DNA of 64,000 bases, taken from contig NC_087440.1 in the NCBI RefSeq assembly GCF_036321535.1, forward strand, positions 56,792,001 to 56,856,000, in the 5' to 3' direction. Position 1 is the first letter of the stretch. The number at the start of each line of letters is the position of its first letter. Both the position numbers and the translations under genes were made by a program. Below, piece by piece: positions 25,246 to 36,900 of the stretch. The notes beneath the pieces were generated by a model. The model was not told the origin of the DNA. It saw only the letters and a list, made by a program, of their open reading frames with translations, and did not search any database. The stretch comes from Camelus dromedarius (taxonomy: Eukaryota).

Positions 25246-27484
25246 GATTTGGATTACGATGAGAAGCCCAGTGAATCCAAGTGAATTATTATTCCCTTTT
25301 TCATCTTTTCATGCCTCTAGTCAGAACTCTTAATGAAGTGGTTAAACAAAATATCATATCTGAAACAGAACTCTGTCTGGGCTAGTTTATCACCTGCTGG
25401 CTCTAGTACAAAACCAAGGTGGGTGTCTGTAAAGAGATCCAGGACACGCCTCTCCTCCATATCAGGCTGGGGCCACTCCTCAGTCAGACACTTTAGGAAA
25501 AAACAGAGCATTGACAAGATCATTGACATCTTTAAAATTTATTTATTTAACCAGTATCCTTAGTTTCTCTCCCTCCCAGTGATACTGGTTCTTGCCAACA
25601 CAATGAGAGATGGAGTCCAACTCCTATAAAAATATAGTAGTACATACTTGTTTACTAAATTCCTTTCTGCCTTAATCCCACTGAGTACCTATTGTGAGCA
25701 ATTGCTGGGCACACAAAGATGAACAGGACAGAGTCTCTGTTTTCAAAAGCTCACAAATGCTTTCTTAAACTATCTAGTTCCATGAGATTTTGATTGTTTG
25801 TCAACAGATACCAGAAATGATACGACTTTTTGATAAAATAATAGATGATTGATCATATTCTATCATTATACTTGAGCTGTCATTTTTCTAGTTCAGGAAC
25901 ATATTGTTTTCATTAAATAAATATTCCTGGTAACTTGTGGTTCTAATTTGGAAGAGACAGATTGCCAGTATTCTAAGAGTCATAGTCCATTCAGATATAC
26001 TAACTACAAAACAGTTGTTTTTGAACAGCAGTTTTTCCTGATGATTCAGAGGGCACTTTGGAACATATTGAACCACAGGATCAATATTATGAATGTGAAC
26101 TTTTATTATTATTGTAGATATAAAGAGAGAAAATAAGGACAAAGAGGAGATACAGATGTGCCAGAGAGGACTTGAAAAGCTCAAAGTTAAGTGATAAAAC
26201 TTAACACCATTACTAAAATTAGGTCATAGCAATGACGTCTTGAAGATAGTACTCTTTCAAGGCCAGGAATAGAAATAGCTTCAGAGTCCAGCTCAAATAT
26301 AATCAACGATGGTAACATTTCCAAAAGAAGAAACCTACCAACCAGAAGTAGATGATCAACATGAAACAGAAAATATGGCAGGGTCCATTCAGCAGTGGTC
26401 AGTGATTCAGGGTCATGTGTATGTGTTGTTGAAGGAAAGGGGAAACTTCTGTGTAGAAGGAGGGAATTGGACTGGTGTTAGGAGACAAAATTGAATTACT
26501 AAAAATAAAAATATAAGTTAAGTTTAAAAATTACAAGTCAAAGTTGGGTTCTCTAGAAAGCTTTATGAAAGGGGAGGAAAACTGGAAATATCTTAACACT
26601 AAGATGAATTCCTGCAGATAAAAATACAACAGAATGGAAACTTTGGCTGAATGAGCTCAGACAAATCATAGAACCAGTAAGATACAGAAAATGGAGAGTC
26701 CCTACTTCTGCCTTTTGGGGACTTTAAGCGTCAGGTCAGCCAAGGACACTGATAAAAGTAGACCAGAGATACTGGCAAAGGCTGAGTTTCAGTGCATCAC
26801 TTTCAGTTACCAAGGTAAATTGCACCCCTGATTATATTATAACAAGAAAGTCCATATGTAGGGGAAGTAATCAGGGAAAGATTGACTCTGGAGTTGTTAG
26901 CTTTTCCCTTGAGGGAAAAGGAGTTTAGAAAAGATTTGTGTAGCAAAGAATAAGCTGTTTAAGAGAATGGTCTATCTGCTAGACACTTCCGGGTACCATG
27001 TGTACCTGTATTGACTGTTTTGGTCATAACCAGTGTCCATAAATCAAGTGCTGGCAAATCTAATAATGTCTACTTGTTAATCTTATTAACTGAAGGGAAC
27101 TTCAGTCTGGGATTTGGTAGAACACATTCTGATGGTGGACTGTGTAACTGGCTTGGAGTGGGAGCAATTGTACCAGTCAGTTCCTCAGTTCCTCTCCTCA
27201 CCTCTTGCCATTGTCCAGCAGGGATGAACCCATCCTTACAAAGGAGTGGGAGTTGAAATAGAAAACAAAAGGGAAGAGTTTGGATCATACATGTGACTCT
27301 CCTTACTTTGACTTTAGGCTCACCAAGCAACATTTTCATGAATGCATGGCTTCCTAGATAGATTTGCCTCTCAGGGAAAGATTGTACTAGCCATACTAAT
27401 GTGAGAGTTTTGTTCCATATGACAGTTCAATTTATGATAATCGATGAATACATTTTCTGTTTATAGTCTAGTGGTCATGAGTCT

Positions 27485-27694
27485 AGGGGTTCTTGAACTT
27501 TAGCGTGCATTGGAATCACTGGTATCACCTGAGCATGTGCCTGGTTAATTTCAAGCAGGACTTATTAAAACTAGATCCATGGCCCCACCCCTAAGAGATC
27601 CTGCTTCAGTGGTTCTGTGATAATGCACAAGGATGTGCCTTTCTTCCAAGATCTCAGGTGCTGCTGCATCAGTACCACAGTTTGGGAATGACTG
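27485..27694. mobile_element. MER5A-type hAT-Charlie MITE
   Basis: ggttcttgaactttagcgtgcattggaatcac...ggccccacccctaagaga...ccacagtttgggaatgactg. Confidence 0.75.
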
Positions 27695-28457
27695 GGCTCA
27701 TCTGTAGGTCACTGACAAGACTGACTTTCTGAGTTCAGCGCTGAGGACCAGAGCCAAAACATGGGTGACTTCTAGGTACATGCAGTCTTATGAAGTTTCC
27801 TGATGGTTCGCTAACTCTCCAGTCCCTGGAGGCCACTCTGTCTTGGAAAGCCTCTTTTAATTATTGATCAGATTTAAGTTATGCCCTATAGGTCAAATCT
27901 GTCCTGATCTTATGACTGATATCAGAAACTGCTTAATAAATTCCTAATTTTCACTTTGATTACTAGCTATTTATGAATGTCATAGGCCAGGCGACTTGAT
28001 CATTGCTTTGTAAAGAGTGAAATCCGGCTTCTTTTCTGCAAGTTGATTGTAGTATCTAAAAGTCCATGTGGTCTTTTTCAGAATAACTTATTCCTTTTCA
28101 GTTGTCATCAGTGTCCTCTGACTTCCTAGAATTCAAAGCAGTTTCTTTCATTTCTGCATCAGTCAGAGCTGGTGTTGGATGAAGGTTCCTTGCTCGTTTC
28201 AACCCACTTGCTCTTCCAGTTCTTCTCAGAGTTTTCTAGTTGGTTGCAATTTCACACTGCTGTCCTTGCCTCTGTCTTTTCCCTCTCCCTGCTGATTGCT
28301 GGCAGTTTGAACTTGCATGACATGAAAAACACTCTGTCTATTTTGTCTTGACTGACAGAATCTGACCAAATAATTGTTTCTTTCCAAAGCTATTTTCTTT
28401 TTCTAAATTTTCCTCTTGATCTCTTTGAGCAACTTATTCTCAACCTTTTGGAGAATT

Positions 28458-28772
28458 TCTGCCTCATGTAGAAATATAATGTAAGCCACAAATGCAGCTC
28501 ATACATAATTTTTAAAAATTTTGTAGGTACATTAAAAAAGTAAAAATAAATGAATGAAATTAATTTTATAATATATTTTATTTAACCCAACATATCCAAA
28601 ATATTCTCATTTCAATATGTAATGAGTATAAATCTATTAATGAAATAGCCTACTTTCTCTTTTCCATCTCAAGTCTTTGAACTCGAGTGTGCTTGACACA
28701 GCACATCTCAATGTGGACTAGTCATATTTCAGCAGCCACATGTGACTAGTGGCTAGTGTATTGAACAGTTGT
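28458..28772. mobile_element. MER33-type hAT-Charlie element
   Basis: tagaaatataatgtaagccac...tttaacccaacatatccaaaatatt...agccacatgtgactagtggcta. Confidence 0.8.
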
Positions 28773-31419
28773 GGTTTTAGAGCCTCCAAAATTCTCTCAA
28801 TCGATTCTTCCAGAATAAAGCAGCTAAATCCACATTATTTTTAAAACTCTGACAGGGGTTTTTGGAACAACCCTGGAAGCCCATGTCTGGAGCCCGGGTT
28901 AGAATTCTTGCTCTTAAGAGCCCTCGGGTTTCTCCCTTCTGCAAACAATGACAAAGCAGCCTTTGCTTTGGTGGCACATGTGGAAGTACCCTGGCTACTC
29001 AGAGCTTCAGCGCCCAGGGTGTCTGCTGCTTCTGCCTCTGGGTTCTTGACACTAGCCTCTACACCATCCCCTTCTGTTGTTACTTTCCCTCCACCGGCTT
29101 CAGGTCTGTGTCGGGTGGGGGCAGGGGGAGAAATAAACATAACTAGAATTAATAGAGACTTCTTGTTCTAGCCTTGATGAATCAGCATGGCCTGTGGTAG
29201 TGTTCTTTGCCCTTGTAACAGGGGTTTATGGATAAGTAAGAGGGGGGATTTGTCCTTAAGTATCAGAGATACTTGAATGCTTGGCAGAGTAGACTGTTTA
29301 CTCTTTTATCACTTGCATTGTCCTTCTCCAAATCATTTGTCCTCTGGTGGATCTTGACAAAGCGCCTGTACGAAATTAACAGGCATGCAAAGCCTGGATG
29401 AGCAAAGTTGATTTGCCTATAATTTGTTTGTGAAGCGATCAGGACGTGGTTGAAGTGATTTTAATTTCAGAGCCCAAGTCGCCCGTCTGTCTTTTTGTCA
29501 GGCAATTAGTTCCGCTGGCTGGGCAACAATGCTGTGATGCAGCATGCCGTCAGGAACCGGCCAATGGGAATGGCGCCCCCTTTTTGTCTTCCTCTGAGTG
29601 TTCCTTGTGCCAGGCTTCTTTTGTCTCCTTGGTTTATTTTGGGTAAAATTCCCTGCTTGGCACCAGGCTCTGTGACTCTTCTCAGCATAGTGCTGTGGAT
29701 AAGTGCTCTGGAGAGGACCCGGAGGGAGGTAGACAGACAGAAGAAACCCTAACAATGACTACTTCTGGACTGTCTGGCAGTATGTTTTTATTTAATATAC
29801 TCAACAGCCTCAAATGATAGGTATTAATATCCTCATTTTATTGAGGATAAAATCAAGGGGCATAGAGATGTGGGTAATTAGCCAAAATCGCATGTCTAAG
29901 AAGTAGAGGGTTGGGGCTAAACATGGGTACTTTTAATCCTGGAACTGTGCTGCCCATTCAGTCACCCACAGAAGCTATTGCCTCCTGCACTTTGCAGAGG
30001 AACCCAGTTTGGATAGAGACAAGATAATAGGAACCTTGACAGGGCACTTCCACCTCGAGGGGAGGGACTGTGTCAGCATCCTCCAAACCCAACTGAACCT
30101 GGCTCATGGGAGACACATCAGAAGCACAGAGGAGAATCACCCACATTTGTTCAGTGACTGAAGCACACTGTCTCATCTGACTCTCACAAGGACCATGAGA
30201 GGCAGCAAGGAAAGTTATTACTATCTTTACTCATGAATACTTTACCTGAATTAAAGGGAGTATCTCACGTTACCAAAGTAATTTAAATAGATATCCGAGT
30301 TGTGATTGTTGTTGTTTTAATTGCCATGATAACAACTTACCTATAAAGGCTGAAGCTCCTGGAAGCAGGGACAATTTCCTATATTTGCATCCCTTTCCCT
30401 GTAGTGCAGAGGGAGGACACTTCTATGATCACAGAAAGTTCTATCAGACAGCGCTGCTCCAGAGGCAGGCAGAGGCCAGCGGGTGATAATCTAACATAAT
30501 ACCCTACTTCAGACTGAGAAGTTGAACTTGATAATTTTTGAATGAATAAGTGAATGAGTACCATAATGGAAATGTTTTCTTAAAATAGAGCTAATTATGG
30601 TGATCAGTTATAGGTTGAATTAGTACTGTCCAGGGTAGCTGACTCCATTTTTCAAAATGAATCATCCAAAAGAGCAAAACAACTCATTTCTTAAAGATGT
30701 CAAGATGCAATTTTTAAATGCCATGCTAAGTAATGGCAAGAGGAGTGGGCTAGTCAGTGGTTACTGCTATTTAACAGTAATTTAAAAACAACACAAGAGC
30801 AATGTTTGTACCATTATGACATTTAAATAGTCAAAACCAACTCTACTTAGATAATGAATTAATTCATATTTACTAATAATAGACTTCATTTATTTTCTAC
30901 CATTTTTCATGAAGCTTGAAGTGTGTTATGGTCATTGTTTTAATTAATATCGTGTCATCTGTCTCTGCCAGTAGACTCTAACTGCCTTTTTAAGAAATGA
31001 CAGGGAAATGAAAAAACAGTATGGTTTTTATTGACTATGATGCCCAGCCAGCAGGTACGATAGCCCAGGTTCCCCTTTCTTGCCCTGTAACCATCTCACC
31101 TGCACTTTTGTCACCAGTTGAATGAAAAAAAGAATAGTCAAATCAATGCAAGAAAGGCTTAGCTTCTTGCACTAAATTTCCCAGAGAATGCAGATTATCT
31201 TAAAGTGCTAGATGCCCTAACCTAACCAGCCTCTTAGGGAAGAAGTACCCTTTATCAGTTCAGGAAGTTGGTATTTTGTGCAAACACAACAAAGGCTATG
31301 GCACATTTAACTCTTTTCAGTTCTTTCTTGAATCAGTCTCATCTATGAGAATGCCTGTCCTTAAAGAAGATCAGTTTAGTACAGTTTCGGGGAGGGACAC
31401 AACTCCAGTGTGAAGCAAT

Positions 31420-33020
31420 CCGTTCATTCACTTATTGAGTGTCTGTGAGTGCCAGGCACTATGCTGGAAACAAAATGATGAATGCCACACAGTCCCTGCT
31501 CTCCAGGAACCCACAGTCTACTGGGAACACAGATGAGTAGGCTGACACTTACCACAGAGGGTGACCAGTGCTATAATGGGGCAAGCAGAGGCTTTTAAGG
31601 AAGCCACATTGTTCAGCATGGGAAATAAGACCTTCCAAGGAAATAGGAATAAATCATGTCATGTAGCCTAGGAAAGGGTTATTTAGGTGATGAAAGAGGA
31701 AAAGAATGCAAGAAAGAGAGCATGTCTTGATTGAAAAACTGTAAGAAGTATGGTGTCACTAAAGCAAAGACATTCCAGGGGACCCCAGGGAGTGGGGTGG
31801 TGGAAGTGGTGCTATCCAGCATGGTAGCCAAAAGCCACATGTGGCTATTTAAAATTAACTTAAAATTAATTAAAAGTAAATAAAATTAGAAATGTAGTCC
31901 TTCAGTTACACTAGCTATATTTGAAGAGCTCAGCAGCCAGCTGTGGCCACTCTGTTGGACAGTGCAGATACAGGCTACTTCCATCATCACAGAAAGTTCT
32001 ACTGGATGGTGCATCTCTAGAGGCAGGCAGGGGCCAGTCAGTGATGAACACTGAATGGCATGCAAAGGTGTTTGGATCTTATTCTGAGGACAATGAGATG
32101 CCACCAAAATGTTTTATGTAGGGAAGCAGAGTGATCAAATTTACGTACTAGAAAAGTCATCCTGCTGGACACAGGAGGGATTAGAGAGAGGCAATACTAG
32201 GAGTTAGAGAGGCCAGTAAAGAGTATTTCACTCATCAGGGAAAGAAATGCTGGGGTCCTAGAATAGGAGCAGAGAAGTACATAGATTCAAGAAATATTAA
32301 GGAAAACAATCAACAGGACGTATGTTTTAGGTGTGGAGGGTGAGGAAGGCAGAAGTTTAAGTCTGATGTCTGGCATCTAGTGCATGATGACTCTTGGGCA
32401 GCTAGTGAATGATGGTACCATTAACCTAGACGGGGAACAAGGGAGAGGAAGGAATAGGCCTGAGAAGAACAGATAATCAATTCAACTTTGTCCTTGGATG
32501 TGAAGTAAACAATGAGGCATTCAAGTGAGCTTGCAGAAGGCATTTGGATCGTCAGATCTGAAGCTCCAGGGACAAATCTGGGCTGGAGATAAGTATTATG
32601 AGGCCAACACCACATGGATGACATTTAAAGCCATGGAAGCAAATGAGACCCCAGAGGGAGACGGTGTGGAGTGAGATGCTAAGAAAGACAAGGACTGAAC
32701 ACTGACTGTGCTGAGACCAGCCTAGGAAGAGTCCAGAGAAGCAGCCAGTAAAGCAGAAAGAGAACCAGGAAACTGTAATGGGATCTAGGTGAAGAGAATA
32801 TTGCAAGGAAAAAGAAGTGTTCATGTCAAATTCTACGGAGAGCCAATAAGTAAGGGTTGAACAGTGTCAGTATGGTTTTGCATGAAAGAGGTCATTGGTG
32901 ACTTTGGTGAATATACTTCACTAGAGGAATGATGGGGCAGAAGGTAGACACAGCAGTGGGTTGAAGAGTGAATGGGAGTTGAAGAAGTGACAGCAAATGT
33001 AAACAACTCTTCCAAAAATC
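31420..33020 (-). mobile_element. Long L2 LINE remnant, interrupted by MER3
   Basis: ttcattcacttattgag...gccaggcactatgc...ggcatctagtgcatg...gaggcattcaagtg...gaggtcattggtgacttt. Confidence 0.8.
31807..32013. mobile_element. MER3 hAT-Charlie MITE
   Basis: gctatccagcatggtagcc...agccacatgtggctattt...ttccatcatcacagaaagttcta; followed by ctctagag, the Charlie target consensus. Confidence 0.85.
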
Positions 33021-33499
33021 TTGGTGGTGAAAGATTTAGAGATGGCCAACCATCTCTATAATGGATGACGTCTCTATAACCGTTGTACCATTTGCAAATG
33101 TCTGCCTCACACGAGAGAGGTTAGTAACCTCGTTTAAGCTCTGTGCTACTCTAAGCATGTTGAAAGTCCAGATGGGGTATTTTGTATCTTCACATTTTCA
33201 TATTTCCTGGTGTAAGTCTTGTATGTAGATGATCTGTTGATATTTGTTCAGTTACTTCTCTGCTTTCAAATTGAAACCCCTTATTGGACTTAAGTATATA
33301 TAAAGTGTGTATCCCTTTCATGTATTTTCCTCTTATGCAACTTTCTCTGATTGAATAAAAAGGTCTCAGTTCCAGGTGAGAAAAAAGTAATGACAAGTGC
33401 ATAATTTAATAGAATCTCATATTTTCAGGCAAATTAGAGGGAACGTCCCTACCCCTCTCCCGCAACAAAAACCAGAAGAAGTAGAACAAGGATGAATGT

Positions 33500-33517
33500 T
33501 TTAATAAAAAATTTATT
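33500..33517 (-). terminator. Probable SLC35F4 polyadenylation signals (AATAAA 33517-33512, ATTAAA 33505-33500)
   Basis: Tandem hexamers about 185 nt past the stop, followed on the minus strand by U/GU-rich sequence (cttgttctacttcttctggtttttgttg). Most of the 3'UTR is an N gap. Confidence 0.65.
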
Positions 33518-33699
33518 ATGNNNNNNNNNNNNNNNNNNNNNNNNNNNNNNNNNNNNNNNNNNNNNNNNNNNNNNNNNNNNNNNNNNNNNNNNNNNNNNNN
33601 NNNNNNNNNNNNNNNNNNNNNNNNNNNNNNNNNNNNNNNNNNNNNNNNNNNNTATATTCACAGAATATACATACACGTGCATTCAAAACATGTCCCTCT

Positions 33700-33941
33700 T
33701 TAAGCCAGTGGTATGGACACGGTCCCGTTGGCCCGGCTTCTGCTGCGCAGGTGGACACTGGGATCAGTGATGTCTTCCACGTGCTCCTCGCTCTTCTTTT
33801 CCTTCAGGCTGTTGATGAATCTCAGGGTAATTTCATCCCACTCCTCAGGCAACAGCATCAGCAGAAATCCAATGCAGATGATGATGGTAGCTGCCAGGCG
33901 GACGACGTTGAATATCACCTCCTGTTTCAGGAGGTCCACAG
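33700..33941 (-). CDS. SLC35F4: SLC35F4 terminal coding exon, (A)VDLLKQEV...GTVSIPLA*
   Basis: Acceptor ttccttccccag|CT; stop TAA at 33702-33700; ORF 33700..33939. Confidence 0.97.
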
Positions 33942-36900
33942 CTGGGGAAGGAACACCAAGTCAGTCACGGTCTATGACTGCTTCTAAGCTTCTCTGAAAA
34001 CCAATGACCAAAGTCAGGGCTACTTCTAGAGAGTTCCAGAAGTCCCTCTTGTTCTTTCAAGCTTATCTTTCCTTTTTCCATGTCATTATCAATACTGCTC
34101 CCTCCATTTGCTTTCCATTCCTTCTCTCTAAATCATACTTACCCTTTGAGGGCAAATGCCATCTGCGTTACTAACCTCTGCAGGTTTATTTCTTAGCACT
34201 TTCCCTCTGCATCCCTCCATGCTTCTCCAGTTTCACTGGACCACTGAAGATATTTTAAGAGAGCCAAGCTTATCAATGTCTAGGTCTTTGCACATGCTAG
34301 TTTTTAAGAAAAAAATTTTTTAATTGAGGTATAGTTGATTTACAATGTGTTAGTTTCTGGTGTACAGTATAGTGATTCAGTTATATATATATATTTTGTT
34401 TTTTATTATAGGTTATTACAAGCTATTGAATACAGTTCCTTGTGCTATACAGTGGGACCTTATTGTTTATCTAATTTACATACAGTAGTTTTTAATTGAG
34501 GTTAAACTCAAATAAATTAAAATTAACCATTTTTAAGTGAATTTAGTAGCATTTTGTGCATTCATAATGTTGTACAACCACCACTTCCATCTGGTTCCAA
34601 AACATTTCCATAATTTCCAAATAAAATCTAGTACCCATTAAGCAGTGACTCCCCAGCCCCTTATCCACACCCTCCACCCCCCAATTCCTGGCAACCACCA
34701 ATCTGCTGTGTGTCTATGGATTTACCTATTCTGGATATTTCTTATAAAGCGAAGCATACAGTATGTGCCCTTTTGTGTCTGGCTGCTTTCACTTAGCATA
34801 ATGTTTTCGAGGTTCAGCCATATTGTAGCATCTGTTAGCACTTCATGCCTTTTTATGGCTGAATAATATCCCATTGTATCACAAGTTCTGTATCAGTTTA
34901 TCTGTTGATGGATATTGGGGTGTTTCCACCTTCGGCCAGTATGAATAGTGCTTCTGTGAACATTTATGTACAAGGATATTTTTGAGTCCCTGTTTTCAGT
35001 TTTGGGGGGCATATATCTTGTAGTGGGATCATATACACGTTAGTATATATAGCAGTAGTCATATACATACTGTTTTTTTTCACATGGAATGCTCTTGCTT
35101 CCTCATACCCACTTCATCCAGCTAAACCTTCTGTTAGATCTCTCCCTCAAGGCCTCTTGCAGGATGCCTCCTTGGATGCCCCTCCCATGTGCTCTCAGAG
35201 CATTCAGTACACACCTCCATCAAAGCCATTCTCCCTCTGCATCAGAATTACTCAATTCCTTTCACCTCCCTTCTATACTACAGTCCTGAGAGCAGGGACT
35301 GTGTCTTATTCAGGATCTGTCACCAGTGTTAGCACAGTTCCTGGCATAACTGAGTGCTCAGAAATTATTTATTGAATGAGTGAATTCATGGATGAATGAA
35401 TGGAATTCCTTGACAACTCTGCTCACTCCCCCTGACATCCCTTTCCTCTAGATATCTTGTAAGCCAGAGTCTGTTACAAATGTGGCATTTAATAAGTTAC
35501 TTTGTAGAGCTCTAAATTATTTCATGTATGTTGGTCTTGTTTTCCATATTCAGTTTCTCATGGGAATAATATCTTTTTTCTGCAGTCTCGTCTATAGTCC
35601 TAATCACATAGTAAGTAGTCAACAAACATTTGCTGATTGTCCCGTGGCAAAGAAAGATGGCTACCTAAGACTTGGAAGCATAGAATTTTAAGGTTCAAAG
35701 GACTGCATTGCCATCCAGATAACATACTTTCATTATTTGTTCTAATGACTGTTTTCACTAGAAAGATTTTCCTTGAAAAAATAGCTTCTCCTCTTATCCC
35801 TGAAGTGATGAGTCAAATTGCTTTTTCCTAGATCCATTCCAGAGGGCCATCTGACATGCCCCCGGGAGAAGCTTCTACAGCTCCCCATGGATAGTCTGAT
35901 GGGGAGCCAACACCCTGAACATTTCTTACACTTTCATTAGTGACGTTTCCTTGAGAGTCCTATGCGGGGATGCCTTTTGTTTCCACAGGACTTCCTCTAA
36001 AAATACCAGAAAATTAGGTTGTCAGGGAGATTACATGGAACCCAAATGATACATTTGGTATTTAATTCTAAAAGCACAACCAAGTAAAAACAGTGTTTGT
36101 AGCTGCAAATTTTAAATCTGCTGCATCGTTATTCTGTTGTCTGACACATTCATGTTATTTAAAAACGTCTTCCCAGGCAAGGGACATAATTCACAATTGC
36201 TCAGAGAAACAACTCGGGTGTAAAACAAACACAAGCAGGAGATGTATCGTGCACAGGTCAAACCGTCCCAGTACCTGCATTTCCAGGAACGCTGAGCACT
36301 GTCCCAATGGAGATGAGGATTGGGTATGTCAGCACCACACCAACATTCACCAGGATGTTGAAGGCTGTAAAGAAAAGGGTATACAGGATTTATAATCATT
36401 TTATAATGTGTCAAATTCCGGTGTTCAGCACAATTTTTCAGTCATACATGGACATATACACACTCATTGTCAGGTTTTTTTCTCTGTGAGCTACCATAAC
36501 ATTTCGTGTATATTTCCCTGTGCTATACAGTATAATCTTGTTTATCTATTCTACTACTTGGAAATCCCAGTCTATCCCTTCCCACCCTCCGCCCCTCTGG
36601 CAACCACAAGTCTGTATTCTCTATGAGTCTATTTCTGTCCTGTATTTACGCTTTGTTTTTGTTTTTGTTTTTGTTTTTTAGATTCTACATATGAGCGATC
36701 TCATATGGTATTTTTCTTTCTCTTTCTGGCTTACTTCACTTAGAATGACATTCTCCAGGAGCATCCATGTTGCTGCAAATGGCATTATGTTGTCAGTTTT
36801 TATGGCTGAGTAGTATTCCATTGTATAAATATACCACATCTTCAAAGAAGGGTATACAGGGTAAAGGGGAACTGATAAACTGGGCTCTTTCCTTCTTAAC

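Noticed and set aside
1014-33400. Many 60-170 aa ORFs in the intergenic half (e.g. 4534..4929, 11284..11625, 12391..12819)
   Set aside because: No recognisable domains, coding-like composition or splice-consistent chains. Several start at non-ATG codons or lie in L1/L2/LTR remnants.
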